From Opitutia bacterium (lineage in GTDB: Bacteria; Verrucomicrobiota; Verrucomicrobiia; Opitutales; T3Sed10-336): DNA of 40,662 nucleotides. Position numbers and translations under genes: made by a program. Each line of letters opens with the position of its first letter. The stretch's first letter is position 1. Location of the stretch: contig JBJHCF010000045.1 of the NCBI GenBank assembly GCA_050506795.1, positions 1 through 40,662 on the forward strand, read 5' to 3'. A model generated the notes under the pieces. That model saw only the letters and a program-made list of their open reading frames with translations, ran no database searches and was not told where the DNA came from. Of this stretch, positions 39,901-40,662 are shown in pieces.

Positions 39901-40339
39901 TGCCGGCAACCGTCAACGTCCGCGCGACTGGAGCGGCGGGGCGGAATTCGTCATTTCCAGGCTGATAAGTCAATGTGCCGAGCTTCGCCGCCCGACCGGA
40001 CGTATTTTGGCGAAAGGCAAGGTCCGCTGTGCCGTCGGGGTTCAGGCGTTCCAAGTAGGTTTGGCCGGGACCGAATAGCAATCCGGATCCGGCCAGTGCC
40101 GTGGCCGCATGAACCTGGGGTTCCCCCGAGGGCGGCGGAAACGTATCCGCTACGGTGGCGTTGAATTCCCCGTCGAGGCTCCCGGGCAACGACACGGCCA
40201 TGTCGGCATTGAGTGGCTGGGTCGCGGCCAAGAGCAAAGTGATGCCCAACGGCCCATGCCCTTTGAGAGAATGCCATTGAGCCGAGAGAAATTCGCGGAT
40301 TCGGGTTCCGCGTTCCGGGATACTTCGCAGAGTTTTCAA
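33989..40339 (-). CDS. Giant surface protein with putative Ig (He_PIG-like) repeats, BNR/beta-propeller blocks, an Ig domain and a verrucomicrobial-type C-terminal domain
   Basis: Repeated LPPGL.....G.I.G.P; three blocks of FVAVGD.G.IL.S.DG..W; TITASQ.G repeats; C-terminal YDQW...IPNIVVYALG...EESGDLIHW. Confidence 0.88.
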   Translation of the reverse strand: MKTLRSIPERGTRIREFLSAQWHSLKGHGPLGITLLLAATQPLNADMAVSLPGSLDGEFNATVADTFPPPSGEPQVHAATALAGSGLLFGPGQTYLERLNPDGTADLAFRQNTSGRAAKLGTLTYQPGNDEFRPAAPVARTLTVAGMPQEIDFPEVGDIVYSDEPYPLNVTADSGLPVHLETSDAEVAGVLNGNLIVHRAGTVTITASQEGNVSYLPAEPVSREILIQRAPQTIEFPPLAPVVLSAGHAALEATAGSGLPVSFSTDAPDIGTISGTRVILQDRGTALITASQAGDERYLPAEPVGRELRVLAPDPSFPSQPPAWGQEGRLFSLTVTAGTEAVQFTATALPPGLTINSATGKISGRPTMPGTFEIILGAGNEDGVFSFSHVRVTIFPITGPLPEVTSPTWLAVNAGDAISLTLSAQNLDSTTAFHVSELPTGLHWDVAARRLHGTLPPGLHEAKMSVSNIHGETGKMIRFTIHEPKFAIEQLGGTGTFLAAAAGNGRRIAAGANGLIAAADANQQWEFVEPPVVTSFRGAAFGAGRFILVGDGGVILNSVNGRDWEQAPSPTTGDLQAVRHLNGQFIAVGDEGSVLVSINGIDWDPVAKLAVGSLRDVAYGNNRYMIVAGGGTAFFSLDGEHWEMAPVRFDRSFRSVAFGNGRFIGLAQSGGLAYTEDGVDWGFVRENTPVRTDIRFRRGEFLVAGPSGLFASTDGHRWRLIESTPVTALSREDDFFAVGASTRIASPTETSLGLPVLTGPTYVAKRAGEALRYRLTTQGGPADILVGSLPPGLQFDAEAGEITGTVLAPGSHLLRVAAFNETGIAQPVDILLEFFPESGEPPRFEGRQTYGAIMGAPISTIGVNATIHHLDRTSRLRIEGAPPGATVQLHRAVPWGTPLEAGVFQINVAATNFHGASETEIRLVVSQAGNWVAEESGTTETLTAVAFAQDRFVSVGENGGLYLSTAKGEWSQVRDGDGVPLRAIAGSDLLWVAVGDDGRILSSPTGDTWEAQASPVESRLSAVAHGTGWFVAVGDGGVILRSADGASWTGVESGTAQDLRAVTFTGEEFVAVGNAGTILHSNDGAEWFAGISPTTAGLRAVAFANGRYFVASDLGSSHVSEDGATWTNTLGGVQVRAFAAHPAGILAFNGNARSSSDGVYWAPWSMTTGASTWQGATFGGGRFVAVGGNGSIRTHEGTFPPRIATSPERGIEGRSYTSQFRADEGPEEFFANGLPPGLTLDPATGIVSGVPTQMGTFEVESFARNSVGHGPVSRTTMTIHQADGWPPTINKTPIELEVGKSAFESVQFHSFPFLLHTVEITGDVPGLTFAGNTIRGVPEATGIFPLEVRAENPYGVSETTVWVSVYKPLWAYEFSSPPFSDIASNGTIVVAAGPGGIISTTSNLGESWNRPFTGTLRDLLGVAHGNERFVVVGASGHIRYSENGTNWIQATSETTETLHGIARGGGVFVAVGDNGTILASADGISWQARPSGSPANLRAVTFGGGRFAAVGDEGVILHSVDGEIWEHVAGGVGSPLHGVAWQGGVYIAGGDDGVLLRSPDVVNWSPVEAPGLDGLDISRVLSGRDEWAILASDGHVHTSHDGLVWLNRTHGDDHHLASLAYAEGRYFSHAAQRLLTSAGEWTPIMPPLALSRVDAVRGEQIFVQLSRNDAGDPFIGFLPEYLPETLTIDPDTGIISGQLIESGTAHVGLINEHSPSRLRWLSFQAFAPGGSPPYLPGPLIAIGRLNESFVHYLSRELTNFGGTVSANGLPAGVDVTSPGGIPRITGTPSESGTFEALIRTANVYGETQADFVMHVPKVKPGSPRLTMAHSMRGAVSIPFDHTPGINFDIGKVTAFNLPPGLQVDPSTGRIHGTPSQTGEYNVLLVVENDFGSDAATALFQIEHLPPKILPEGEAFIARTGEEVLLAPVVWGSDLEYWWTLDENPIHESTGVSGALSETLRIFNPNPASSGSYHLHAANSQGEIRSAPFDLTITETYDQWAARILGGGNYGKTDDDFLAGIPNIVVYALGLTHLSDGNLPRLRRGTEGLLLEYVASRTTENLTIRIEESGDLIHWSPFEQELHSILETPTARILEYLLSDDADTLHLRLQISENSNP

Positions 40340-40455
40340 CCTTGGAAGATTGGAAAGGGTTGGTGTTTAGGTCAAGTTCTGCGAACGGGAGTTTTGAATA
40401 CCATGAACTGACATCGGTTCGGGTTCACCACCAACCGAATGCCGAAGGGACGCAG

Positions 40456-40491
40456 CGACAATAAAATTATCAGCTGATAGTTTTTCTGTCG
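40456..40491. promoter_or_regulatory. 36-bp imperfect palindrome upstream of the giant gene
   Basis: cgacaataaaattatcag|ctgatagtttttctgtcg; 15 of 18 positions pair. Confidence 0.4.
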
Positions 40492-40662
40492 TTATCCGAT
40501 TTCCTGCGCCGGTTCCTGGAAACAGGAATTTGAATTTCCGCCCGGCGGTCACTAGTGTCCAGCTAAAACCCATTGAATATCAATTGCTTATAATCCATAG
40601 GGTCATCATTTCTTGTGCTATATTCTGTAAGTAATTGATCGAAAGCTACTTTCTGAAAAACG

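Noticed and set aside
40410..40460. c-di-GMP riboswitch-like gggacgca
   Set aside because: Wrong strand for the giant gene, and the other GEMM elements are missing.
1..40662. CRISPR array, rRNA, integrase, phage or defence genes
   Set aside because: No regularly spaced repeats or recognisable motifs were seen by eye.

Overview
GC-rich chromosomal window whose protein families suggest a Verrucomicrobiota (Opitutales-like) bacterium; the taxonomy is an inference. In order it holds: the 3' end of a RAYT/IS200-like transposase; an orphan response regulator, a DUF4032 protein, dodecin and gpmI; a pentose/deoxysugar cluster (AraD1, deleted dehydratase, rhamnose mutarotase, K+ channel, GH51, SSS transporter, galM); and a core-like block (trpF, PpiD-like chaperone, YihY, nadK flanked by two GYF_2 paralogues). 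Next comes a patchwork region (about 20.4-27.8 kb) running up to the 3' end of a tRNA-Ser(CGA), then an amidohydrolase, hybrid histidine kinase, YheT hydrolase, DUF3347 lipoprotein, a pilin-like fusion protein and a 2116-aa surface protein. Best candidate for a new system: a two-gene unit at 20448-21162. Its membrane-targeted leader ORF ends in the ribosome-arrest motif RAPP, and the RAPP codons are the exact reverse complement of the Shine-Dalgarno of a downstream 64-aa orphan protein. Second theme: repeated internal deletions, several in frame, and unannotated gene relics (FGE, sulfatase, methyltransferase, probable YtrA/GntR). All family calls come from motif recognition, not database searches.
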